Under the pieces are notes generated by a model, which saw nothing but the letters and a program-made list of their open reading frames with translations, searched no databases and was not told the origin of the DNA. A stretch of DNA of 64,000 nucleotides from Acidimicrobiia bacterium (GTDB taxonomy: Bacteria > Acidobacteriota > Vicinamibacteria > Vicinamibacterales > UBA2999): the NCBI GenBank assembly GCA_016871255.1, contig VFZH01000001.1, positions 8,056 through 72,055 on the forward strand, read 5' to 3'. How positions within the stretch are numbered: position 1 is the stretch's first letter; each line of letters starts with the position of its first letter. The translations under genes and the position numbers were made by a program. This document shows, one piece after another, positions 18,821 through 28,454 of the stretch.

Positions 18821-19603
18821 TCAGACGGCCAGGCCCGTCGAGAGCAGCAGGTAGCCGGCCAGCACTTCGCCCACGATCACGGTGAAGAAGTCCACATACA
18901 GGATGCCGGTGGCAGACTGGGTCGACCGGATCTTGGCCGTCTCCCAGGTGAGGTAGCCCAGCACGGCAGGCGCCGCGAGCCCGAAGAGCACGCGCTGCCA
19001 GAAGAACACGCCGTCGATCGACCGGATGTACCCGCCCACCGTCCGCCCGCCGGGCAGCAGTTCGGGAAGCGCCAGCAGCAGCGCCAGGCCCACGACGACG
19101 ATCCGCACGACCAGCGTGGCCATGTGCACGGCGACGGCGCGCTGGAGGTGGCGGACCTCCATGGACGGAATCACGAGGTACCAGTGGCCCAGCACCATCG
19201 CCGTACACGCGCCGCCGAGGAGCGCAACGGAACTGAGCGCGCTGAGCGCCGCCACACCGCTCCCGGCGACCGATACCGCGCTGAGGCCGTGCAGGGCGGC
19301 GGCCGCTGCGCCGGCCAGCGTGGCGAGCATCGCCAGCGGACGCCGCAACCGGGTGAAGACGCGGCCGGCCGTCACCCAGTAGGCGGTGAGCGCAGCCAGC
19401 GCCACACCGAGCGTGGCGGTGCTGGCCGAGGTGACGACGGCCGAGCCGACGGGCCTGAGCGCCAGCGCGCCGGCCAGCAGCAGCGCCGCCGTGCCGGCGT
19501 TGAAGCGGAAGAACTTGAGGCCCGCTTCCTTCGAGACGAGCAGCAGGGTGAAGGCGATGCCGACGCCGAGGTGCGCGAGGAAGAGATAGGCGACGGCAGA
19601 CAC
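18821..19603 (-). CDS. polytopic (about 8 TM) membrane protein of unknown function
   Basis: ORF 18821..19603(-). Uniformly hydrophobic, with a GHWYLVIPSMEV segment. No family recognised. Confidence 0.55.
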   Translation of the reverse strand: MSAVAYLFLAHLGVGIAFTLLLVSKEAGLKFFRFNAGTAALLLAGALALRPVGSAVVTSASTATLGVALAALTAYWVTAGRVFTRLRRPLAMLATLAGAAAAALHGLSAVSVAGSGVAALSALSSVALLGGACTAMVLGHWYLVIPSMEVRHLQRAVAVHMATLVVRIVVVGLALLLALPELLPGGRTVGGYIRSIDGVFFWQRVLFGLAAPAVLGYLTWETAKIRSTQSATGILYVDFFTVIVGEVLAGYLLLSTGLAV

Positions 19604-19761
19604 GGAGATCGAAGCGACGGATACAGCCAGCTACAGCTGGCCCCTGCTCACGGAGAGCCTGCAACTCCACCTCGACGCGGCGGAGGAGAACCCGGCGACT
19701 GACGGCGACATCGACACTTGTGGGGGCCGGTTGCAACTGGCCCGGCCAGGCGAACCCGTGC

Positions 19762-20364
<603 letters not shown>

Positions 20365-20469
20365 GCGTCCTCCTGAGTGCGATAGAAACAGTGCAGCCGG
20401 GGATCGTACTCAGAACCGGCGGTCAAAGACAAATCGGCGCCGCCTCCGCGCGTTCCCGCTGCGGCGCGG

Positions 20470-21621
20470 CTATCGAATCGAGAGCATCCGGTCGAGCGCT
20501 ACCCGGTTCCAGTGCTTCTGTTCGGCAGGCACCTGGATCCGGTTGTGGACGCGGCCTTCCACGAGCTCTTCCAGGATCCACAGCAGGTGGTTCGGCGACA
20601 CGCGGAACATCGTGGAGCAGAGGCAGCCCATCTGATCGAGCGACAGCACCGTGTGCGTCTCCCGAAGCTCGTGCGCCAGCCGGTTGACGAGGTGGATCTC
20701 GGTGCCGACGGCCCAGGCGGACCCGGCGGGACTCTGCTTCACCTGCCGGATGATGTACTCCGTGCTGCCGCTGTCGTCGGCGGCCTGCACGACGTCCCAG
20801 GGCACCTCCGGGTGCACGATGACGCGGATGCCGGGGTGCGCGCGGCGCAGCGCCTCGATCTGGGCCGCGGTGAAGCGCGTGTGGACCGAGCAGTGCCCCT
20901 TCCAGAGGATCATGCGCGCTCGCTGCACCTCGTCGGGATCGAGCCCGCCGAAGATCGCGTCCGGATCCCAGACGACCATCTCGTCGAGCGGAATCCCCAT
21001 CTTGTAGGCGGTGTTGCGGCCGAGGTGCTGATCCGGCAGGAACAGGATCTTCCCGCCCCGCTCGAACGCCCACCGCAGGGAAGCCGCCGCGTTCGACGAG
21101 GTGCACACCGTGCCGCCCTGCTCGCCGACGAACGCCTTGATGGAGGCGGCCGAGTTGATGTACGTCACCGGCACCACGTCGCGGACGCCCATCTGCTGCA
21201 GCTCTTCCCAGCAGGTCTCGAGCTGATCCGGAGCGGCCATGTCGGCCATCGAGCAGCCTGCCGCCAGATCCGGGAGGATCACCTGCTGGTGGTCCGCGGC
21301 GAGCACGTCGGCGCTCTCCGCCATGAAGTGCACGCCGCAGAAGACGATGACGCCCGCTTCCGGATGCTGCGAGATCTGGCGGGCCAGCCTGAAGGAGTCG
21401 CCGGTGTAGTCCGCGAAGCGGATGACCTCGTCCCGCTGGTAGTGGTGCCCCAGGATGACGAGCCGGGCACCGAGCGTGGCCCGGGCCAGCGCGATCCGCT
21501 CGGCCATCTCCTCGTCGGGCAGACCGAGATAGCGCTCGGGGAGCGGCTGGCGCTCGCCGAGGCTCTGCTTCTCGAAGTCCGTCAGTACCGTGAGAAAGGA
21601 GGCAGCCATCCTGTGCCACAA
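20470..21621 (-). CDS. nadA: quinolinate synthase
   Basis: ORF 20470..21621(-). VILGHHYQRDEVIRFADYTGDSF, FCGVHFMAESA, CTSSNA and LWKGHCSVH are NadA motifs. Confidence 0.95.
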   Translation of the reverse strand: MWHRMAASFLTVLTDFEKQSLGERQPLPERYLGLPDEEMAERIALARATLGARLVILGHHYQRDEVIRFADYTGDSFRLARQISQHPEAGVIVFCGVHFMAESADVLAADHQQVILPDLAAGCSMADMAAPDQLETCWEELQQMGVRDVVPVTYINSAASIKAFVGEQGGTVCTSSNAAASLRWAFERGGKILFLPDQHLGRNTAYKMGIPLDEMVVWDPDAIFGGLDPDEVQRARMILWKGHCSVHTRFTAAQIEALRRAHPGIRVIVHPEVPWDVVQAADDSGSTEYIIRQVKQSPAGSAWAVGTEIHLVNRLAHELRETHTVLSLDQMGCLCSTMFRVSPNHLLWILEELVEGRVHNRIQVPAEQKHWNRVALDRMLSIR

Positions 21622-21648
21622 CCGCGTAGGGGAATTATAGCGTCCGCG

Positions 21649-22776
21649 TCAGAGGGCCGCGGGCGCCGCGGCTGGTGTCGCGTCCACGACGCGATAGAGC
21701 GTGTCGCGCTCGAGCGGCTCGCGCCCCGCCTGCCGGACCAGACGTGAGATCTCGGCCGTCGTCATCGCCTGCGGCGTGTCCGATCCGGCCATGTGGTAGA
21801 TCTTCTCCTCCTGCACGGTGCCGTCCAGGTCGTCGGCGCCGAACCAGAGCGCCATCTGCGCCACGTCCACACCGGTGGCGATCCAGAACGCCTTCACGTG
21901 CGGGATGTTGTCGAGCATGAGCCGGGCGACTGCGTGGACGCGCAGCGTGTCCGCGGCCGTCGGCGCCGGCAGCTTCCGCATCTGGTTGTTGTCGGGATGA
22001 AACGCCAGCGGGATGAACGCCTGGAAGCCGCCCGTCTCGTCCTGCAGCGCGCGGCACCGCAGCATGTGGTCCACGCGCTCTTCCATCGTTTCGATGTGGC
22101 CGTAGAGCATGGTCACGTTCGTGCGGAGGCCGAGCCGGTGCGCGGCGCGATGGATGTCGAGGTACCGATCCGTCCCGCACTTGTCGTGGCAGATCTTGCG
22201 CCGCACGCGCTCTGCGAAGATCTCGGCGCCGCCGCCGGGGAGTGAATCGAGCCCCGCGGCGATCAGCTCGCGGAGGACCTGCTCGTCCGACATGTCGTAC
22301 AGATCGGCGAAGAACGCGATCTCCACCGCCGTGAAGCACTTCAGGTGGATGTCGGGCCGGATGCGCTTGAACCCGCGCAGCAGGTCCGTGTAGTAGCTGA
22401 ACGGCAGGTCGGGGTGCAGGCCGTTCACGATGTGCACCTCGGTCAGCGGCTGGTGCGCGCGCGCGCGGAGCTTGTCCCACGCCTCCTCGAGCGACAGCGT
22501 GTAGGCGCCGGGATCGCCGGGCCGCAGGCGCGCGAAGGAGCAGAACAGGCAGCTGGCCACGCAGACGTTGGTGGCCTCGAGCCGCAGGTTGTAGTTGAAG
22601 AAGGCGCGGGCGCCGTGGCGCGCCTCGCGCTCGCGGTTGGCCAGCGCGCCGAGCGCGAGCAGATCGCGACACGCGAAGAGCCGGATGCCGTCTTCGAGCG
22701 AAAGTCGCTCCCCAGCCCGCCGCTTCTCGTCGATCGCCCTCAGCCCTGCGTCGGCCAGCCGCTCGGTCATGCGCAC
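21649..22776 (-). CDS. futalosine-pathway radical SAM enzyme (MqnE/MqnC family; aminofutalosine synthase or cyclic dehypoxanthinyl futalosine synthase)
   Basis: ORF 21649..22776(-), GTG start (ATG alternative at 22770). CVASCLFC is a CxxxCxxC cluster. GGGAEIF and FIPLAFHPDNNQM are MqnE/C/CofH-like. Confidence 0.8.
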   Translation of the reverse strand: MRMTERLADAGLRAIDEKRRAGERLSLEDGIRLFACRDLLALGALANREREARHGARAFFNYNLRLEATNVCVASCLFCSFARLRPGDPGAYTLSLEEAWDKLRARAHQPLTEVHIVNGLHPDLPFSYYTDLLRGFKRIRPDIHLKCFTAVEIAFFADLYDMSDEQVLRELIAAGLDSLPGGGAEIFAERVRRKICHDKCGTDRYLDIHRAAHRLGLRTNVTMLYGHIETMEERVDHMLRCRALQDETGGFQAFIPLAFHPDNNQMRKLPAPTAADTLRVHAVARLMLDNIPHVKAFWIATGVDVAQMALWFGADDLDGTVQEEKIYHMAGSDTPQAMTTAEISRLVRQAGREPLERDTLYRVVDATPAAAPAAL

Positions 22777-22804
22777 AAGCTCTGAATTCTATAGTGGTAT
22801 ACTC

Positions 22805-22915
22805 ACGCTCACAATCGACACTGCCCGGGCGCAGGGGAAGTGGGTGCGAAGCCCACACGGTCCCGCCACTGTGAGCGGAGCAATCCGCGAGTCAGGCTAC
22901 CTGCACCGGTGCCTT
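22805..22915 (+). promoter_or_regulatory. cobalamin (B12) riboswitch aptamer, with -10-like TATAGT/TATACT hexamers at 22790-22803
   Basis: AGGGGAAGTGGGTGCGAAGCCCACACGGTCCCGCCACTGTGAGCGG...AGTCAGGCTACCTGC contains the AGGGAA..GGTG.GAA core, the B12 box GCCACTG (22865-22871) and a CAGG..ACCTGC 3' element. It lies upstream of a btu-like ABC operon. Confidence 0.75.
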
Positions 22916-23053
22916 GTCCGTTTCGCTGGCGCGTCGGACGCCGGGAGGACGGCATGCCCCGCAGGGCTTCACGCCACCTCACACGTCTCCATACGGATCG
23001 GGCGAGGTGTCCGCCGGGCGCCGGGCGCGTCATACCCGCCAGGGAACCGTACC

Positions 23054-23869
23054 GTGCTGCGTCTTGCTGATGTCTCGTTTGCCTACGCGACGTTCGATCT
23101 CCGGAGCGTGTCGGTGGAGGTGTCGCGTGGCGCGTTCGTCGGCCTGATCGGACCCAACGGCTGCGGCAAGACGACGCTGCTCAGGCTGATGGCGGGCGTC
23201 GTCACACCGGCCACCGGCACGGTCAGCCTGGACGGCGAGCCGCTGGCCTCGCTCCCGCGCCGACGGATTGCGCAGCGGATTGCGATGGTGCCGCAGGAGA
23301 CGCACCCGGCGTTCGACTACACCGTGATCGAGATGGTCCTGATGGGACGCTACCCGCACCTCGGGCCCTTCGCGATGGAGGGCCCTGCCGATCTCGCGAT
23401 CGCCGAGGAGGCGCTGGAGGCCACCGGCACCGCGCACCTGGCGGGGCGGGCCTACATGACGCTCAGCGGCGGGGAGAAGCAGCGCGTGATCATCGCGGGG
23501 GCGCTGGCGCAGTCAGCCGGCCTGCTGCTGCTCGACGAACCGACCGCGTCGCTCGACCTTGGCTACCAGCTCGAGGTCGCCTCGCTGCTCCGGCGGCTGA
23601 ACCGCGAACGCGGCACGACGCTCGTGCTGGCCACGCACGACTTGAACCTCGCGGCCCGCCTCTGCGACCGCCTTGTGCTGCTGCGCGGGGGGCGTGTGCT
23701 GGCCGAGGGCCCGACCGACACCGTCCTGACCTCCGCCGCCGTCTGCGACCTCTACGGCGTGGACGCCGACGTCCGGTTCCACCCCGGTGCCGGCCATCTA
23801 GTGGTCACCCCTGTCGCCACCACAACGGGGGTCAGACCCGGGTCTGACCCGGGTCAGACCCGGGTCTGA
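23054..23869 (+). CDS. ABC transporter ATP-binding protein (BtuD/FecE-like)
   Basis: In frame within ORF 22595..23869(+). The GTG at 23054 gives VLRLADVSFAY... Walker A GPNGCGKTT, signature LSGGEKQR and Walker B LLLLDEP are present. The last ~14 codons and the stop lie inside a palindromic repeat. Confidence 0.9.
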   Translation: MLRLADVSFAYATFDLRSVSVEVSRGAFVGLIGPNGCGKTTLLRLMAGVVTPATGTVSLDGEPLASLPRRRIAQRIAMVPQETHPAFDYTVIEMVLMGRYPHLGPFAMEGPADLAIAEEALEATGTAHLAGRAYMTLSGGEKQRVIIAGALAQSAGLLLLDEPTASLDLGYQLEVASLLRRLNRERGTTLVLATHDLNLAARLCDRLVLLRGGRVLAEGPTDTVLTSAAVCDLYGVDADVRFHPGAGHLVVTPVATTTGVRPGSDPGQTRV

Positions 23870-23873
23870 CCCC
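23828..23873. repeat. two tandem copies of a 22-bp GC-rich palindromic (REP-like) unit GGGTCAGACCCGGGTCTGACCC
   Basis: gGGGTCAGACCCGGGTCTGACCCGGGTCAGACCCGGGTCTGACCCc. A third copy lies at 43515-43538. The repeat generates the GVRPGSDP peptide in ORFs at both loci. Confidence 0.85.
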
Positions 23874-23895
23874 GGTACGCAGAAACTGCATTTCT

Positions 23896-24906
23896 GTGGG
23901 GAACTACAGCGTGCGCGGGCGGGTGGCGGCGACGGTCGCGGGCTTCGGAGGTCTGCTGCTGGTGGTCTGTCTCGTGGCGCCGCTCGTTGGCAGCACGCCC
24001 ATCAGCCTGGCTCGGGCATTCGACCGGTCGATCCCGTACGCCGACAACGTGGACGCCCAGATCTTCTTCGTGGCGCGCCTGCCGCGCGTCGTCGCGGGCG
24101 CGCTGGTCGGCGCCGCGCTCGCAACGGCGGGCGCCGTCCTCCAGGCGCTGTTCAGGAACCCGCTGGCGGCGCCGGAGACGCTCGGCGTCTCGGCCGGAGC
24201 GGCGCTGGGGGCCATTCTCGCGATCACCTTCGCGTCCGAGGCGCGCTTCGGACCGCTGGCCCCGGTACCGCTCGCCAGCCTGGTGGGTGCCCTGTCCGCA
24301 ATGACGGTCGTGTACCTGCTGGCCCGATCGACGCGACGGCCGCTCTCGACGTCGGTGCTGCTCCTGGCCGGCGTAGCGCTCAACGCCTTCATCTCCGCGA
24401 TGATCCTCTTCGTGCAGTACCTGGCGGACTTCACGCAGACCTACCGCGCGGTCCGCTGGCTCATCGGCGATCTCGACGTGGGCGCGATGGGCCCCATCGT
24501 CGCGTCGCTGCCGGTCCTGCTCAGCGCCGCGCTGCTCATCCTGTGGCTGCCGTCCGCATTGAACCTGCTCAGCGTGGACGCCGATGCCGCTGCGGCGCGT
24601 GGGGTTCACGTGATCCGGGTCCAACGCATGGCGTTCGTGGGCGCCTCGCTGGCCACCGCGGCCGCGGTGTCCCTGTCCGGCCCGGTGGCGTTTGTCGGCA
24701 TCATCGTGCCGCACCTCGTCCGGCTGGTCGTCGGCGTCGACCACCGCGTCGTGCTCCCGGCGGCGGCGCTCTTCGGGGCCACCTTCCTGGTGCTCTGCGA
24801 TCTCGTGGCCCGGACGCTGCTCAACCCGGTGGAACTGCCGGTCGGCATCGTGACGGCCATCCTCGGCGGCCCGTTCTTCCTCTGGCTCCTGGTCCGAAAG
24901 CGATGA
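23896..24906 (+). CDS. FecCD/BtuC-family ABC transporter permease
   Basis: ORF 23896..24906(+), GTG start. About 9-10 TM segments. RLPRVVAGALVGAALATAGAVLQALFRNPLAAPE and GVSAGAALGA are FecCD motifs. Confidence 0.9.
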   Translation: MGNYSVRGRVAATVAGFGGLLLVVCLVAPLVGSTPISLARAFDRSIPYADNVDAQIFFVARLPRVVAGALVGAALATAGAVLQALFRNPLAAPETLGVSAGAALGAILAITFASEARFGPLAPVPLASLVGALSAMTVVYLLARSTRRPLSTSVLLLAGVALNAFISAMILFVQYLADFTQTYRAVRWLIGDLDVGAMGPIVASLPVLLSAALLILWLPSALNLLSVDADAAAARGVHVIRVQRMAFVGASLATAAAVSLSGPVAFVGIIVPHLVRLVVGVDHRVVLPAAALFGATFLVLCDLVARTLLNPVELPVGIVTAILGGPFFLWLLVRKR

Positions 24907-25775
24907 CGTTGATCCTTCGCCGGCCCCTCCGCTCCTTCGTCCTGTCCCTGGCGATCCTGGCGGCGCTCGCCGTGCTCCGGACGGCGGGCTCGGCCCAGGC
25001 GCCCACCCGCATCATCTCGCTCGTGCCCGCGCTGACGGAAATACTGTTCGCGATCGGCGCCGGGTCCCAGGTGGTCGCCGTGAGCAGCTACGACGACTAC
25101 CCGCCGGAGGTGCTCGGCCTGCCACGGGTCGGGGCGCTGCTCGATCCGAACACGGAGCGCATCCTGGCCCTGCGTCCCGACCTGGTACTCACGTACGGGT
25201 CCCAGGACGCGCTACAGGCACAGCTCGCGCGCGCGGGGATCTCCGTGTTCGACTACCGGCACGGCGGTCTGGCGGACATCACCCGCGAGATGCGCAGACT
25301 GGGAGCAGCCGCGGGAAGGACGGCGGACGCCGAGCGGGTCGCTACCGGACTGGAACAGCGCCTCGACGCCGTGCGCTCCCGTACACGAGGACGCGCGCGC
25401 CCGCGGACACTGCTAGTCATGGGCCGCGAGCCGGGGACGCTGCGCAACCTCAACGCCAGCGGCGGCGTGGGCTTCCTGCACGACGTCCTGGAGCTGGCAG
25501 GCGCCACGAACCTCTTCGCCGACGTGCCCCGACAGGCGGTCACGGTATCGAACGAGATGCTGTTGTCGCGCGCACCCGAAGTCATCATCGACCTGCGCTA
25601 CGGCAACGCGCAGACGCCGGATCGCGACGCGTGGACGGCGGTGAGCTCGATACCGGCCGTGAAGCAGGGGCGCGTGTACGACCTGCACGGCGACCAGTTC
25701 GTCGTGCCGGGTCCCCGCATTGCCGACGCCGCCGAGGCGATGGCACGCGCGATCCATCCCGAGGCCTTCCCGTGA
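24903..25775 (+). CDS. periplasmic substrate-binding protein (BtuF / iron-siderophore-type, PF01497-like)
   Basis: In frame within ORF 24543..25775(+). ATG 24903 overlaps the permease stop (ATGA). A signal peptide is followed by RIISLVPALTEILFAIGAGSQVVAVSSYDDYP. Confidence 0.85.
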   Translation: MTLILRRPLRSFVLSLAILAALAVLRTAGSAQAPTRIISLVPALTEILFAIGAGSQVVAVSSYDDYPPEVLGLPRVGALLDPNTERILALRPDLVLTYGSQDALQAQLARAGISVFDYRHGGLADITREMRRLGAAAGRTADAERVATGLEQRLDAVRSRTRGRARPRTLLVMGREPGTLRNLNASGGVGFLHDVLELAGATNLFADVPRQAVTVSNEMLLSRAPEVIIDLRYGNAQTPDRDAWTAVSSIPAVKQGRVYDLHGDQFVVPGPRIADAAEAMARAIHPEAFP

Positions 25776-26440
25776 AGATCCTCCTCTCGTGGAGCAGCGG
25801 CAAGGACAGCGCCTGGGCGCTGCACGAGCTGAACCGGACGCACCCGGGCGCCGTGGCGGCGCTGCTGACGACGATCAACGAGGCGTACGACAGGGTCGCC
25901 ATGCACGGCGTACGCGCGCAGATCCTGGAGGCTCAGGCCGAGCGCACCGGCCTGCCCCTGTGGCAGGTGCCGATTCCGGACCAGTGCACGAACGAGACGT
26001 ACGAAGCGCGCATGCGTGACGTCTGTACCAGAGCCGTCGCCGAGGGCATCACGCACGTGGCGTTCGGCGACCTGTTCCTGGAAGACATCCGCGCCTACCG
26101 CGAGAAGCAGCTCGCAGGCACGGGCCTGACGCCGCTGTTCCCGCTCTGGCTGAAGCCGACGCGTGCGCTGGCCGAACAGATGATCGACGGCGGCCTCGAG
26201 GCTCGTCTGTCTGTCGTGGACACGCGCGTGCTCGATGCCTCGTTCGCCGGCCGTGCGTTCGACCGGACACTGCTGGCGGACCTGCCCGAGGGCGTGGACT
26301 GGTGTGGGGAGCAGGGCGAGTTCCACACCTGCGTCACGGCCGGACCGGTGTTCAGGGCATCGATTGCCGTCGACATTGGCGGGCGGAGAGACCAGCCGCC
26401 GTTCGTCTTCCGCGACATCGTGCCGGCGTCGCCATCGTGA
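25772..26440 (+). CDS. DUF71 / Dph6-related PP-loop ATP pyrophosphatase
   Basis: In frame within ORF 25631..26440(+). GTG 25772 overlaps the upstream stop (GTGA). VKILLSWSSGKDSAWALHEL carries the SxGxDS PP-loop. GDLFLEDIRAYRE and PLFPLW resemble MJ0570/diphthine-ammonia-ligase N-domains. Confidence 0.7.
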   Translation: MKILLSWSSGKDSAWALHELNRTHPGAVAALLTTINEAYDRVAMHGVRAQILEAQAERTGLPLWQVPIPDQCTNETYEARMRDVCTRAVAEGITHVAFGDLFLEDIRAYREKQLAGTGLTPLFPLWLKPTRALAEQMIDGGLEARLSVVDTRVLDASFAGRAFDRTLLADLPEGVDWCGEQGEFHTCVTAGPVFRASIAVDIGGRRDQPPFVFRDIVPASPS

Positions 26441-26848
26441 TCCCGGCCGGCGGTCTGTGACCACTCCCGGCTTGGACGGTATGACCTGTCACCGCGCTCT
26501 CGGACGGCCCGCAGGCCCCCAGGCGGAGTCCGGCGCTTCGGCCGGGAACGCAGCCTCTCGTACCCTGCCGCTGCCGCATCCACCAGGAGCTGGCTCGTTG
26601 CGACATCCGACGCACGGCACAAGACGCCAGTAGTGCCTCCAGCTACGAGAACGCGAGGACGGAAATCGGTGCGCTGAATCGCTCCGGTCGCGTTCCGGCT
26701 TCGCCCCGCGTCGGCCTTGCGCAATGCCTCCACGCGGCGACCTGCGTACCCTCCGAGAGCCTGTCACCAGGGGAGAAAGGGATCGTCCCCAGGCCCCGCG
26801 GCGGCGCCGCGATTGGCGCCTCCTCCTATCGGGTGCAGGCACCAACTA

Positions 26849-27712
26849 CTGAGAGCCGATCCTGGAACCTCTTGCCTCTACAGATCGATCGTGATCTGAT
26901 GCTGGGGCATGGAAGCGAAATTCGCTGACGCGCCTGACAAGTTGTGGTGCCGGATTGAGCCGATGCTGCCGGTGCCTCCGCCACGGCCCTGGGGTGGGCG
27001 GCCCCGCGTGCCCGACCGCGTGGTGCTCGCGGCCATCGTGTATCGCCTCCGCACGGGCTGCCCAGTGGAAGGCGTTGCCTGCGCAGTTCGAGTCGGGCTC
27101 GACGTGTGACGTACGCTTTCAGCAATGGGTCCGGGCCGGCGTGTTCGAGCGGATCCTCGCGCAGTGGGTCCAGTTCTACGATGCGCGGCGCGGCATCCCA
27201 TGGACGTGGACGGCGTTGGCTAGCGCCATCGTGAAGGCGCCACACGGGGGGACCAGACCGGTCCCAATCCGACCGATCGGGCGAAATCCGGTGTCACACG
27301 GCACATTCTGACCGATGGCCGGGGCGTGCCCGTCGCTGCGTGTATGACCGGCGCGAACGTCCACGACAAGTGGTTGGTCGGCGAGGTGCTCGACCACGTG
27401 GTGGTCCGGGCGCCCCGCGGGCCACGACGCCCAACCCATCTCTGTCTCGACAAGGGGTACGACTACGCGGACGCTGAAGCCGCCCTCCGCGCCCGAGGCA
27501 TCACGCCGTACACTCGCCGGCAAGGCGAGCCCCCGCCCGCGGGCTGCGCCCGCGGCGAGCCTCGCCGCTGGGTTGTGGAACGGACCAACCCGTGGCACGA
27601 CCGGTTCCGGGGCTTGCTGATTCGTTGGGAACACAAGGGCGAGAATCACCTCGCCTTCGTGCATCTCTGATGCGCACTCATCGCCTGGCAGCAGGCATGG
27701 ATCGGCTCCCAG
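26849..27712 (+). mobile_element. decayed IS5-family (IS1031/IS427-like, about 0.86 kb) insertion sequence
   Basis: Imperfect terminal inverted repeats CTGAGAGCCGATCCTGG (26849-26865) and CATGGATCGGCTCCCAG (27696-27712) match at 14 of 17 positions. They enclose DDE transposase-like sequence. No clear target-site duplication was seen. Confidence 0.7.
26909..27712 (+). pseudogene. IS5-family DDE transposase pseudogene (two frameshifts and one premature stop)
   Basis: Pieces sit in three ORFs (26909.., 26955.., 27326..). LRTGC|QWKALPAQF is broken by an extra C near 27061. APHGG|DQTGPNPTDRAKSG is broken in a G6 run near 27246-27251. HL*CALIAW has a TGA at 27668 inside the conserved C-terminal HLACALI motif. 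Confidence 0.8.
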
Positions 27713-27749
27713 GCAGAAAGCAATTCCTCGTGATTGCGAGTTCGTAACC

Positions 27750-28454
27750 ATGACTCGAAGCGCATCTCACAAAGAGGCACACTGCCAAGCCTGCGGGACA
27801 ACACGTCGCGCTGTGCTGCGGAGGGCCATCATTGTTCGTCCTGCGGTGGTGCAACTGATTCAGCGGGCGGTTGAACACTGGGACGAGAACGGCTGGATCT
27901 GCCTTGATGACCTCCAGAAATACCAGCATCAGTATGTGCAATCGCTCCTCGAAACCGAAAAGGGCGAACTGACCGAACTCGAACTCGAAGTCCTCAAGGG
28001 CTTGCGAGAACACGAGATCCTGGCCAGGAACCCAGAGGTGCATCTTGAGGCTGCACTCACCTTCGGTCAGCGGTTGGCAGACCGGATTGCGACCTTCGGG
28101 GGCAGTTGGCACTTCATTGTCGTATTCGCGGTGGTGTTGTTTGGCTGGATGTCTGTCAACTCGTATGTGCTGGTCGTGCGCCCGTTCGACCCGTATCCGT
28201 ACATCCTCTTGAACCTGGTGCTCTCAACACTGGCGGCCCTACAGGCGCCGGTGATCATGATGAGTCAGAACCGCCAGGAGGCGCGGGATCGGTTACGCGC
28301 GATGCATGACTACCAAGTCAACCTCAAGGCCGAGCTGGAGATTCGGCAGCTGCACCAGAAAATAGACCATCTCCTTTCCCATCAATGGGAACGGCTGGTG
28401 GAGATCCAAGAGATTCAGATGGAACTCATCAACGAGGTGAGAGGCCGGCGCTAG
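27750..28454 (+). CDS. DUF1003 domain-containing membrane protein
   Basis: ORF 27750..28454(+). FGGSWHFIVVFAVVLFGWMSVN...DPYPYILLNLVLSTLAALQAPVIMMSQNRQ is the DUF1003 core. GC is clearly lower (about 56% by eye) than the surroundings. Confidence 0.8.
   Translation: MTRSASHKEAHCQACGTTRRAVLRRAIIVRPAVVQLIQRAVEHWDENGWICLDDLQKYQHQYVQSLLETEKGELTELELEVLKGLREHEILARNPEVHLEAALTFGQRLADRIATFGGSWHFIVVFAVVLFGWMSVNSYVLVVRPFDPYPYILLNLVLSTLAALQAPVIMMSQNRQEARDRLRAMHDYQVNLKAELEIRQLHQKIDHLLSHQWERLVEIQEIQMELINEVRGRR

Noticed and set aside
22595-23053. The N-terminal 153 codons of ORF 22595-23869, plus similar long upstream extensions in ORFs 14029-14922, 24543-25775, 25631-26440, 31517-32836, 44975-46072, 51265-52521, 52446-53195, 54034-55248, 54696-55751, 55896-57440 and 57107-57823.
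   Set aside because: The extensions are low-complexity. They overlap the riboswitch or the upstream gene. They also precede internal ATG/GTG codons that give proper N-termini (signal peptides, Walker A spacing, PP-loops) and ATGA/GTGA coupling with the upstream stop.
23828-23873. Resemblance of the palindromic unit (GGGGTC.GAC..) to the GGGGTCTGAC start of Tn3-family terminal inverted repeats.
   Set aside because: Only about 10 nt are shared and the match is low-complexity GC-rich sequence. No Tn3 transposase, resolvase or 38-bp inverted repeat is present. REP-like repeats explain the pattern better.
26095-26733. A minus-strand ORF whose N-terminus (..EALRKADAGRSRN..) faintly recalls the C-terminal AL..AK..GRN motif of GGDEF domains, and RVLVAGGTTGV, which recalls a Rossmann motif.
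   Set aside because: The matches are 5-8 residues only and in the wrong order for either family. Most of the ORF is antisense to the well-supported DUF71 gene.
26909-27670. Programmed -1 ribosomal frameshifting, as in some IS5/IS427 elements, to explain the split transposase.
   Set aside because: Two shifts of opposite sign are needed. The first falls inside the conserved RTGCQW motif with no slippery heptamer, and there is an additional in-frame TGA in the conserved C-terminal motif. Decay is the simpler explanation.
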